From Candidatus Poribacteria bacterium (GTDB taxonomy: Bacteria; Poribacteria; WGA-4E; PCPOR2b), in the NCBI GenBank assembly GCA_965215015.1, contig OZ244042.1, forward strand, positions 5,536,001 through 5,600,000: 64,000 nucleotides of DNA. Reading direction: 5' to 3'. The notes below the pieces were generated by a model that made no database searches, was not told the DNA's origin, and saw only the letters and a list, made by a program, of their open reading frames with translations. Positions within the stretch are counted from its first letter, which is position 1. The number at the start of each line of letters is the position of its first letter. Below are positions 11,230 through 20,236 of the stretch, one piece after another. Made by a program: the position numbers and the translations under genes.

Positions 11230-12531
11230 ATGGAAACGAAAGTCCAAGCCGTCTCATGGAATATCACACGGCTATGCAATCTCAAATGTATACACTGCTA
11301 TCTCCCCGCTGGATTTGTGGATACCAACGAATTTCCGAGCGGGTATTATCGCGATTCGGAGTTGACCCAATCCCAGTGTTTCCGCGTGATTGATGAGATT
11401 GCTGAAATCAATCCCAACATCCTTTTGATTCTCACAGGTGGCGAACCGTTGCTGCGTCCTGACATTTTGAAAATCTCAGATTACGCAGCTCGAACCGGGT
11501 TCTTAGTGGTGATGGGCACAAACGGCGTCCTGCTGAACGATGAAACGGTCCAGAGGATGAGCGATCACGGTGTTGCTGGTGCAGGCATCAGTTTGGATGC
11601 TGTGGATCCAGTCAATCACGACCAGTTTCGAGGAATGGAAGGGGCTTGGGAAGGCACGATGAACGGTGTCGAAGCTCTCAGGCGGGCAAACCTTGATTTC
11701 CTCGTCCAGACCTCTGTGACGCGTTGGAATTACGATGAGATTCCACAAATCGTTGATTTTGCCTATGAGCTCGGTGCGAAGGTGTTCAACCTCTATTTTC
11801 TCGTAAGAACCGGTAGAGGGAAAACAGTGATGGACATCACCCCTGCTCAATATGAGCGTATGCTCTCGACACTTTTTGAGTTGCAGGCGAAATATCGTGG
11901 CAAAATGCTCGTCGCAGCGAAGTGTGCACCACACTACAAGCGGGTCATCTATGAACAACAATCGGATTCGCCCTTTCTACAAGCCTATCCGAGCGGTACG
12001 TGTCCCTGTGGTATCTATTATTGCCGCATCACGCCTGAAGGTGATTTAACACCTTGCCCGTATATGCAGGTGAGCGTCGGCAATCTGAAGACAGAAAGTT
12101 TTGCGACCCTCTGGAATCAATCTAAAGTTTTTCAAGAGCTACGAGATCGGAAATTGTTGGAGGGTAAGTGTGGCACCTGCGAATTTCGAGACGTTTGCGG
12201 TGGTTGTCGCGCCCGCGCCTACGCGCTCACCGATAACTATCTCGCCGAAGATCCGTCCTGCGAATACCAACCGGGGCAGGCCGGAGGTCAAAACGTTCGG
12301 TTCGAGCAAACGACTCCCTTTGCGGCTGAAACTGACTACGAGCTACAATGGACAGATGCTGCACAACAAAGATTGCAGCGTGTTCCCTCCTTCGCACGAG
12401 GGATGGTCACTAAAAGCGTCGAAAAATACGCCCGTGAACACGGTTACAGTGAAATTACGCCGGAAATCATGAAAGCGGTCAAGAATCGGTTTGATAAAAC
12501 GGGAATCCCGTCTTTCACGCCTCGGCGGTAA
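11230..12531 (+). CDS. Radical SAM/SPASM enzyme (AhbD/NirJ-like) with C-terminal PCP_red-like domain
   Basis: CNLKCIHCY, TGGEPL, CAPHY, SPASM cysteines CPCG..PCPY..CGTCEFRDVCGGCRARA..DPSC, and tail WTDAAQQRLQRVPSFARGMV. Confidence 0.9.
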   Translation: METKVQAVSWNITRLCNLKCIHCYLPAGFVDTNEFPSGYYRDSELTQSQCFRVIDEIAEINPNILLILTGGEPLLRPDILKISDYAARTGFLVVMGTNGVLLNDETVQRMSDHGVAGAGISLDAVDPVNHDQFRGMEGAWEGTMNGVEALRRANLDFLVQTSVTRWNYDEIPQIVDFAYELGAKVFNLYFLVRTGRGKTVMDITPAQYERMLSTLFELQAKYRGKMLVAAKCAPHYKRVIYEQQSDSPFLQAYPSGTCPCGIYYCRITPEGDLTPCPYMQVSVGNLKTESFATLWNQSKVFQELRDRKLLEGKCGTCEFRDVCGGCRARAYALTDNYLAEDPSCEYQPGQAGGQNVRFEQTTPFAAETDYELQWTDAAQQRLQRVPSFARGMVTKSVEKYAREHGYSEITPEIMKAVKNRFDKTGIPSFTPRR

Positions 12532-12648
12532 AATATGGCTGATATATTTTCAGTACTTTTGCGTAAATCCTTATCTGTTCAGGGGTTCAAGAGTTGATCC
12601 ACGTTACACATCACGCATAATATCCGCACATTTGAGGAGAAAAAAATA

Positions 12649-13062
12649 ATGAACAGTGAAAACAAAGTAGAAGAACGATTATCCGCGGTTGAGGACCGGT
12701 TGAATCGTTTGGAAGATTTACTAATCGGTATTAGTCAGAAATTAGATCAGAAACCCCAACCGACCGCAGTTGACGAGGAAAAAGGGGAAGCACTCAAAGG
12801 TTGGGTGACTGATTACGTTTCAATGCGCTTGCAGCAGCTTGTGCCGGAAACGTGCGAACATCCCCATGCAGCTAAGGCGCAAGAAGGTCCATTCTTGGGT
12901 AACACCTCAATCCGTTGCACGGAGGAAGTCGTCCACCGCGTCAAACGCATCCCCATCCCATTTGTTCGGGAAATGGTTGTTCAGCGGGTCGCTGACAACG
13001 CCCAGCGTGCGAATGTGGAGGTAGTCGAGATTGACTTTTTTGAGAAAGCAGCAACTTTTTGA
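12649..13062 (+). CDS. Coiled-coil protein with divergent C-terminal PCP_red-like domain
   Basis: N-terminal heptads (VEERLSAVEDRLNRLEDLL) and CTEEVVHRVKRIPIPFVREMV...EIDFFEKA. GAGGAG RBS. Confidence 0.7.
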   Translation: MNSENKVEERLSAVEDRLNRLEDLLIGISQKLDQKPQPTAVDEEKGEALKGWVTDYVSMRLQQLVPETCEHPHAAKAQEGPFLGNTSIRCTEEVVHRVKRIPIPFVREMVVQRVADNAQRANVEVVEIDFFEKAATF

Positions 13063-13149
13063 CAATGCAAAGCAACGGAGGAGTTTCCTCTGCCACACTT
13101 CCACTGGGAGGATTTTTTAACATCTCCTCTCTGAGATGATTCCAATCCC

Positions 13150-13644
13150 ATGCCAACATACCCACTCCATAAAAATCAACAGAAAGCCTATCAAGTCTTG
13201 GCTACTCGCATTGATTCTAGGTCTGAGCACGGGACAATTTGCCTTGTCGGAGATTTTCAGTCCGGCAAAACGAACTTAGTCAAACATCTACTCAACGAGA
13301 AATTTGGCAACTCCACAGATTATTACGTAAACTTGAATCTGTATCTGCTTGATGAATTAAACAAACAGCGTGCATCAATCGCTTATGCTGGCGCAAAAGC
13401 AAAAATACACCTCCTGATACAAATCGCTATTGAAGACTTGCTAGAAAGACATTTCCAAACGCGCAATCTTCTCGTCCTTGATGCAATTGAAATAATATAT
13501 TCCTACGAGCTCAATCTTGTTGCGATTGCCGATCGCTTCACCCACAATGGTAAGTGCTGCATCATCTGCGTCCCTCAAAGCAAAAAGCAAAATTACTACT
13601 TTGACTTTAGCTGGGAACTTGCAGAGGCAATCCGAATTGACTGA
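13150..13644 (+). CDS. Small P-loop protein, BrxF-like
   Basis: LVGDFQSGKT Walker A, YVNLNLYL, LLVLDAIEII. Size and motif order resemble BREX-3 BrxF. Confidence 0.6.
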   Translation: MPTYPLHKNQQKAYQVLATRIDSRSEHGTICLVGDFQSGKTNLVKHLLNEKFGNSTDYYVNLNLYLLDELNKQRASIAYAGAKAKIHLLIQIAIEDLLERHFQTRNLLVLDAIEIIYSYELNLVAIADRFTHNGKCCIICVPQSKKQNYYFDFSWELAEAIRID

Positions 13645-13754
13645 AAATGGAATTGAGAGTGTTTGTGCGGCTGCCGTCAAGGCCCGATAGAGTCCCTTCT
13701 ATCTAATCTCCCGAGTCTCTTTACCTATTTGCACATTTCTTTCTGACTTTGGTG

Positions 13755-13783
13755 TTGACTGAAATTGCGGCATGTGATATAGT
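13755..13783 (+). promoter_or_regulatory. Putative sigma70 promoter of the TPR gene
   Basis: TTGACT-17 nt-TATAGT. Confidence 0.5.
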
Positions 13784-13955
13784 TGTTTAGTGATGTTATA
13801 ATTGATAACCTTCCTTGATATTGAGGGGGCTTGGCAGCGCGAATACAATCCAAGTAAGCTCCAAAGATTGGAGATAAACTGCAAATGATTGTATGCTCGC
13901 GAGTGCTAACACCAAGCTCACACAACCTACCTATACCACCAGATTGGAAAGATTC

Positions 13956-14468
13956 ATGAGTAAGCGAGCTGAAATCGCTAACGACCGAGCCATTAAATAT
14001 TGGGAACAGAATCGCTTTGACGAGGCTATTGCTCAATGGGAACAAATCGTTCGTAAAGATCCGAATCTTGCGGAGATACACTATAACCTTGGAAATGCTT
14101 ACATGTACCAAGACAACATTGAAAGGGCAATCGAAGCATTTAAGCGGGCACTGTCTATCGATCCTGCCCTGCCTGAAGCGTACAACAAGTTGGGGATCAT
14201 CTGTTACAAGCAAGGTAATGTAGAACTAGCGTGCGCCTGTTGGAAGCAGGCATTAAAGATTAATCCGGACTTTGAAGAAGTGCACCACAATATGGGATTA
14301 ATCCAAAATACCCCTCAGTTTGACGTGGATGACGAAATACCTGCACACCAGCATGCAACAGAGGATGATGCAAAAGATGATAAAAACGCAAGTATTGAGG
14401 ATGACAACGAGCTACCCACATGGAGAAACCGAATTCGCCAAGGTTGGGGAGCGTTCCGAAGAAAATAA
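13956..14468 (+). CDS. TPR-repeat protein with acidic tail
   Basis: AEIHYNLGNAY, PEAYNKLG and ALKINP repeats. Alternative start at 13893. Confidence 0.9.
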   Translation: MSKRAEIANDRAIKYWEQNRFDEAIAQWEQIVRKDPNLAEIHYNLGNAYMYQDNIERAIEAFKRALSIDPALPEAYNKLGIICYKQGNVELACACWKQALKINPDFEEVHHNMGLIQNTPQFDVDDEIPAHQHATEDDAKDDKNASIEDDNELPTWRNRIRQGWGAFRRK

Positions 14469-14650
14469 AGCCGTTTCCATGATAGGGAAATGATTAAAAC
14501 AAGATCTACCGATCTGGATCGATTTTCTGAATGAGGCGGCGTAATTTTTTATCTAGTTCTGTTATCTGAAACTGTACAGGCAAGCTTCTAAATCTCGTTG
14601 ATGAAATCATGAGTCAATTGTTGGTATATAAAAATAAAACCCTTCATTGA

Positions 14651-14900
14651 TAGGACTTACGCAGTTCGTTCAAACCCTCGTAGTTCGATGATGAATCACC
14701 GGCAATACAACTCACGCTGCCCGATGAATCGGGCGGTGACTGTGAATCCCAAAGTAGTAGGCACGCTCCGCGCGCCCTCCCCCTGCTTGTGGGGGGTGAG
14801 GGTTCTTAGCAAGGGAAGGGGGTACGGCATACAGCATATGCCGACTCCCTTAAAGACGCGTAATGAACGCGTTAGGACAAACTCAAGTGCATAACTCCTA
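14651..14900. mobile_element. MITE-like element bounded by TAGGACTTACGCA / TGCATAACTCCTA, carrying REP palindromes
   Basis: 13-nt imperfect terminal inverted repeats (11/13). Internal GCCCGATGAATCGGGC and GTAGTAGGCAC hairpins. Confidence 0.6.
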
Positions 14901-14921
14901 ATTGAATTTGTTCAGCCCAAT

Positions 14922-14953
14922 AAAAAAAGCTCCCAATCGCTTGGGAGCTTTTT
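14922..14953. terminator. Bidirectional intrinsic terminator
   Basis: AAAAAAAGCTCCCAA-TCGC-TTGGGAGCTTTTT downstream of the cold-shock gene. Confidence 0.85.
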
Positions 14954-14996
14954 CCCCGGTTTCATTTTCTATATAGTATTGTCAGCTTTATCAATC

Positions 14997-15197
14997 TCAA
15001 AGCCTTCTGACTTCTTCGGCCTGAAGCCCTTTTTGTCCTTCCACGACGTTGAATTCAACCTCTTGCCCTTCATCAAGGGTTTTGAAGCCAGTTCCTTCGA
15101 TGTTGGAATAGTGGACGAAGACATCTTGCCCTTCATCGGTTACGATAAACCCGTAACCTTTCTGATCGCTGAACCATTTCACTCGACCTGTTGCCAT
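14997..15197 (-). CDS. Cold-shock protein
   Basis: [18 protein letters not shown]...DVFVHYS. AGGAGG RBS. Confidence 0.97.
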   Translation of the reverse strand: MATGRVKWFSDQKGYGFIVTDEGQDVFVHYSNIEGTGFKTLDEGQEVEFNVVEGQKGLQAEEVRRL

Positions 15198-15357
15198 CGG
15201 TGTGTACCTCCTTTCCTGAAGATTCAAAACTGCAAATGAAAATCAAGTCTTAGCGCTAAGAGGTACAAAATACAGCATACAGCCGGGGAAATGCTTCCAT
15301 TTGAACCTAACATCACTTTTTGAACTTTCTTTAATCCATTGTACAGTTGCGAATACA

Positions 15358-15386
15358 ATTATACTTGATTCAAAACAGGAATGCAA
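15358..15386 (-). promoter_or_regulatory. Putative sigma70 promoter of the csp gene (implies a ~155 nt 5' UTR)
   Basis: Minus strand TTGCAT-17 nt-TATAAT. Confidence 0.6.
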
Positions 15387-15515
15387 GGAAGAATTCTGAT
15401 GGCGATGAAAGTATTCGACAGTAGATCCAATCTTGAATTTGCACGGCGCGATAAACTTTTCGGTTCCATATCCCTCATTTTTTTGCTAGGAAGTCTTTAT
15501 CCGCTCTAGTTGTAC

Positions 15516-16277
15516 CTAATGTTGTAGCGTTTGGGAAATGAAAAGCCGAGTACGTTCATTCTGAGGGGTATCGAAGAAAGCCTCCGGTGCTGCCTCCTCG
15601 ACAATTGCTCCTTCATCGATGAAGATAATCCGATCCGCCACCTCACGGGCAAACCCCATCTCATGTGTAACAACCAGCATCGTCATGCCAGACGCGGCTA
15701 ACTCACGCATCACATCCAAAACTTCGTTAATCATCTCAGGGTCAAGGGCACTTGTCGGCTCGTCGAACAGCATAATTTTGGGCTGCATTGCCAAAGCTCT
15801 TGCAATTGCGACACGCTGTTGTTGTCCTCCCGAAATCTGGGCGGGAAATTTGTGAGCATGTTCTTTAATGCCGACCCGCTCTAATAACCCTAAAGCCTCC
15901 GATTCTGCCTCACTTTTTGTCATCTTCTTCACCCAGATAGGACTTAACGTGACATTTTGCAGGACAGTTAGGTGGGGAAACAGGTTGAACTGCTGGAACA
16001 CCATGCCGACCTCTTGGCGGATACGTTCTATATTACGGAGATCATCACTGAGTTCGATACCATCAACGATGATGCGCCCCCTTTGGTGCACCTCCAGACG
16101 GTTTATCGTACGGATGAGTGTGGACTTGCCCGACCCCGAAGGGCCGCATATCACAACCTTTTCTCCTTTTTTGAATGTGGTAGTAATTCCTTTAAGTACA
16201 TGGAAATCATCGAACCATTTATGGACATCCTCACAGATAATAATTGAATCCTCCAGACTATTTTCAAGGTTAGCCAC
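15516..16277 (-). CDS. aapP: General L-amino acid ABC transporter ATPase
   Basis: [25 protein letters not shown]. Operon context. Confidence 0.92.
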   Translation of the reverse strand: MANLENSLEDSIIICEDVHKWFDDFHVLKGITTTFKKGEKVVICGPSGSGKSTLIRTINRLEVHQRGRIIVDGIELSDDLRNIERIRQEVGMVFQQFNLFPHLTVLQNVTLSPIWVKKMTKSEAESEALGLLERVGIKEHAHKFPAQISGGQQQRVAIARALAMQPKIMLFDEPTSALDPEMINEVLDVMRELAASGMTMLVVTHEMGFAREVADRIIFIDEGAIVEEAAPEAFFDTPQNERTRLFISQTLQH

Positions 16278-16321
16278 TGCTTTATCTCTCCCTTCCTAGT
16301 ATACGCGAGGCAATCTCGTTC

Positions 16322-17512
16322 CTACCCGACTCCCAGTGCTCCTTCAATCTTCTGACTCATATATGACATTGAGTAACTAAAAACAAAATAGACCATTGCA
16401 GCGAATAGGTATACCTCAGCTTGTAGTCCCAACCAGTCAGGATTTGCAATAACCGTTTTGGCTATACCCAATAGATCAAGCAGCCCGATGACAGCGACTA
16501 ACGATGTATCCTTAAAGAGACTGATGAACTGCCCGACAATTGCCGGGATAACAGAGCGAAGTGCCTGCGGTAGAATGATCAGTAACATGGTAAGTGGATA
16601 GTTGAGGCCCAGCGCATGGGCAGCCTCATACTGTCCTTTTGGAAGTGATTGAAGTCCTCCACGGACATTTTCTGCCATGTAAGCCGCTGAAAAAAGGGTA
16701 ATACCGAGCATCGCCCGTAAGATTTTGTCAATGCGAAAATCGGGCAGAAAAATCGGGACCATGATCTGTGCCATGAACAGAATTGTTACCAAAGGCACCC
16801 CCCGTACTGTCTCGATATACGCTGTCGAAACCCATTTAATCGTAGGGAGATTGCTCCGCCGGCCGAGGGCTAAAAGAACTCCGAGTGGAAAAGAGACAAC
16901 GATACCCACAGCTGCTAGGATAAGTGTCAGGAGAAGCCCCCCCCAGTTACTTGTAAAAACAGTAGGCAGACCACCGAACCCGTGCAGCCATATCATCGTC
17001 CAAGGAAATGATAACAACCAACCGCCCAGAACCCAAAAGCGTAGCCCTCTTCTGCCGCGTCCCAGAAAAAGGGAGGCGGCCAGCAACACTACCCCCCCCA
17101 AAAGACCAAATCTACTCGACAAAGGTGCAGGGCAAAAGGCTAGGATAATTCCAATTCCCCCTCCAACCCCCCCGATAACAAGGGCAAGTCGGAGGGCTAA
17201 CCCTCCCCAGATTCCGGCACTCAATCCCGTCAGGACACCCAAAGTATAAATTACAACCCATACACGCCATATCTCCGCTCTCGGATAAGCACCAACTAGA
17301 AAAATTTGCAGGTTGGCGGGTATAACGTTCCAGTTTGCCTCCGTGAATCCCCAAGTCAAAATACCCTTAAAAACAATGTACAAAAATCCAACAGCTAAAA
17401 CGGTGAGAAGCGTGTTATACCAAGTGTTAAAAAGGTGCTCCTTCAACCACCGTAATATACCCTTTGATTCAATTGGCGGTTTAATCGCTTGATTAGGTTC
17501 TTGTGCTTTCAC
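16322..17512 (-). CDS. aapM: Amino acid ABC transporter permease
   Basis: RGVPL, AENVRGGLQ, GQYEAA, FKDTSL. Confidence 0.9.
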   Translation of the reverse strand: MKAQEPNQAIKPPIESKGILRWLKEHLFNTWYNTLLTVLAVGFLYIVFKGILTWGFTEANWNVIPANLQIFLVGAYPRAEIWRVWVVIYTLGVLTGLSAGIWGGLALRLALVIGGVGGGIGIILAFCPAPLSSRFGLLGGVVLLAASLFLGRGRRGLRFWVLGGWLLSFPWTMIWLHGFGGLPTVFTSNWGGLLLTLILAAVGIVVSFPLGVLLALGRRSNLPTIKWVSTAYIETVRGVPLVTILFMAQIMVPIFLPDFRIDKILRAMLGITLFSAAYMAENVRGGLQSLPKGQYEAAHALGLNYPLTMLLIILPQALRSVIPAIVGQFISLFKDTSLVAVIGLLDLLGIAKTVIANPDWLGLQAEVYLFAAMVYFVFSYSMSYMSQKIEGALGVG

Positions 17513-17527
17513 GTGCTTCTTTTCCTC

Positions 17528-18712
17528 TCATCGTCCGATCCGATTAATCCGGCGATTGTACCAATTCATATACGCCGATGTTGTCAAGCTGATGCACAGG
17601 TAGCTCATCATGATCATTGCAAAAATAGGGATGGATTGTCCGGTTTGATTCATCATTGTGTTGCCGACGTTAAACAGATCTGGGAAGCCGATTGCGACAG
17701 CTAAACTGGAGTTTTTGGTGAGATTCAGGTACTGACTGGTGAGGGGCGGCGCGATCACGCGCAAAGCTTGGGGTAGAATAACCAACCTCAGCGTTTGAAA
17801 TTCACTCAGACCTATTGCCTTAGCTGCTTCCTGTTGTCCCTTCGCCACGGACTGTATACCACTTCTCACTACTTCGGCGATGAAAGCCCCGGTATAAATT
17901 ACAAGCCCAATTAAAAGGGCAGCAAATTCCGGAGACAGATATATGCCTCCGACGAAGTTAAATCCCTTCAAAGCCGGCAACTCCCAAGTAAACGGCTTCC
18001 CTGGTGTCAGAAACCAGCCCAAAATAGCTGCCAACAGAAACGCCGGCAGTGCCCACTTTGCAGCGAACCCGGGCTGTTCCATCTGTCGAAGCGTCCTCAG
18101 TCGTACGAGATAGAGAGCCAGTGCAAAAATGAATCCTACAGCGAGGTAGCCGAGCCAAATCTTCACACCCGATGTGGGTTGCGGTGAGGGAAGATATACC
18201 CCTCGTTGATTAATGAATACACTTCCGAAGAATGTGAAACTCTTCCGTACCGAGGGAAGCTGAAGAATTACCGCAGTATACCAAAACAAAATCTGTAGTA
18301 GGAGCGGGATATTGCGGAAACATTCGACGTAAATAGCTGCTATATTTCTGACCAGCCAATTGCTTGATAGCCGAGCGATGCCAACAACAAGTCCCAAGAT
18401 TGTGGCGCATACAATCCCTATGATGCTAACCCTTATGGTGTTTACCACGCCCACCCAAAACGCCCTTAGATAGGTATTTGAAGGCTCATAAGCGATCCCT
18501 TCAGCTATCCCAAACCCGGCTTCATCCTTAAGAAAACTGAGATTTAAAGTCAAGCCAAGACCGCGCAATCCTTTCAACATATTTGTGTAGAAAATGCCAG
18601 CCAATAGGATGACTCCAATAAGGAAGATGACCTGGAACAGCACACGCAGGACACGAATATCCCGCCAGAAAGGTATTTTATCTGAAGCACTTTTGGGTGA
18701 GTTGTTTTTCAT
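17528..18712 (-). CDS. aapQ: Amino acid ABC transporter permease
   Basis: FRNIPLLLQ, AEVVRSGI, YLNLTKNSSLA. Confidence 0.9.
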   Translation of the reverse strand: MKNNSPKSASDKIPFWRDIRVLRVLFQVIFLIGVILLAGIFYTNMLKGLRGLGLTLNLSFLKDEAGFGIAEGIAYEPSNTYLRAFWVGVVNTIRVSIIGIVCATILGLVVGIARLSSNWLVRNIAAIYVECFRNIPLLLQILFWYTAVILQLPSVRKSFTFFGSVFINQRGVYLPSPQPTSGVKIWLGYLAVGFIFALALYLVRLRTLRQMEQPGFAAKWALPAFLLAAILGWFLTPGKPFTWELPALKGFNFVGGIYLSPEFAALLIGLVIYTGAFIAEVVRSGIQSVAKGQQEAAKAIGLSEFQTLRLVILPQALRVIAPPLTSQYLNLTKNSSLAVAIGFPDLFNVGNTMMNQTGQSIPIFAMIMMSYLCISLTTSAYMNWYNRRINRIGR

Positions 18713-18890
18713 AGTGTTGTACGGCTTTAACGATTACGCTTTTGTATTGTGTGTTGTTAATCATTGATTTTGCGTATTCGCAGGTTAATTACCTAAATAT
18801 TCGTCCAAAATTATATCTCCATTGAAGGGCAAAACTCATTCCAACCTGTCCAAAGAAATGGAGGTAATCGCGCTGCATTCGTGAAATTGG

Positions 18891-19907
18891 TTAACGAAAC
18901 GGCATTGCGTACAGCAAGCCCCCTTGAGTCCAAGGCTTATTTATACCGCGCGGCAGACCAATGGGGGTAAGGTTACGTTCAAAAATTTCACCATAGTTGC
19001 CGACGGTAGCGATAACCTGACGCGCCCAATCTTTCGACAGACCGAGTTTCCCGCCCATATCGCCGGTTTCGCCCAAGAAGCGTCCAATCTCTGGGTTTTT
19101 GGATTTATAAGTACTAACATTCGATTGAGCAATTCCGTGCTCCTCGGCGAAGAACGTGGCATAAACAACCCAGCTAACGACATCGTTCCATTTGTTATCT
19201 CCATGGATAGTGACGGGTCCCAACGGTTCCTTTGAAATAGTCACATCAAGAATAACATGTGCCTCTGGATTCTTTAAGACGTTGCGACGGGCAGCCAGCT
19301 GCGATTTATCACTTGTAACGACATCACAACGCTCCTGCTCGTAACTGTTGTAAAGGGTATCAATCTCCTCAAAAACAACCGGGTTAAAATCTACCCCTAA
19401 AGCTCGCATTGTATCCGCTAGGTTTAGCTCAGTCGTGCTGCCTGCGGTGACACAGATACTCGCGCCTGCCAACTCCTCTAAGGAAGTGATGCCGTGCGCT
19501 TTACGTAGCATGAATCCTTGGCCATCGTAAAAGGTAGGCGGGGCGAAGTCAGCACCCACCTGGGTGTCTCGAGTAAGCGTCCAGGTAGTGTTTCTTATTA
19601 AGACATCTATCTCACCTGTCTGAAGGGCGGGAAAACGTTCCGGTGCCTTCAACGGCACGAATTCAACCTTATCTGGATCGCCGAAAATAGCGGCAGCAAT
19701 TGCCCGACAATAATCCACGTCGAAACCACTCCATGTGCCATCTTGGCTGAGGAAGCTGAAGCCGGGCAAACCGCCGTATACCCCACAAACTAGCCTCCCC
19801 CTATTTTTTACTTTATCCAACACACTGTCCTGACTCCTTGTCAGTGATGGTACTATCAGTGTAACAGCTAGAACAAATACTAAAGTGCTAATCCAAAACC
19901 TACGCAT
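18891..19907 (-). CDS. aapJ: Amino acid ABC transporter substrate-binding protein
   Basis: Signal peptide, GFDVDYCRAIAAA, RNTTWT, ISKEPLGP, VGNYGEIFERN. Confidence 0.92.
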   Translation of the reverse strand: MRRFWISTLVFVLAVTLIVPSLTRSQDSVLDKVKNRGRLVCGVYGGLPGFSFLSQDGTWSGFDVDYCRAIAAAIFGDPDKVEFVPLKAPERFPALQTGEIDVLIRNTTWTLTRDTQVGADFAPPTFYDGQGFMLRKAHGITSLEELAGASICVTAGSTTELNLADTMRALGVDFNPVVFEEIDTLYNSYEQERCDVVTSDKSQLAARRNVLKNPEAHVILDVTISKEPLGPVTIHGDNKWNDVVSWVVYATFFAEEHGIAQSNVSTYKSKNPEIGRFLGETGDMGGKLGLSKDWARQVIATVGNYGEIFERNLTPIGLPRGINKPWTQGGLLYAMPFR

Positions 19908-20236
19908 TAAAATCCTCCTTTTTAGTGCTTTTTAGTGTAGGCACGAACCATACGCCCCTACCATCAGAAACTCGGAAAGCCTGAAATAGCTTAAATTCGA
20001 CGAAAATTCTAACACAATTGTAGGGAGCTGTCAATCAATCCGCTACCAAAGGAGAGAGTGAGAGGCTCCTACAAGTCAAGCTATCAACGCCGAGGCACCA
20101 CAGGTCAGTTTTTCGTGCCGTTCTCTGTGGAATTATGGTATAATGAGCAATTATTCCACCGAGCAAAACGCTGAGAAACGTGCTGCTGCTGAAGGTACAA
20201 AAATTCACTATACATCGCTTCCACGGGGTCTACCTC

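Noticed and set aside
3223-13062. Photosynthesis or chlorophyll biosynthesis genes
   Set aside because: Only the small C-terminal module is present, with no nitrogenase-like BchN/BchB catalytic domains or BchL.
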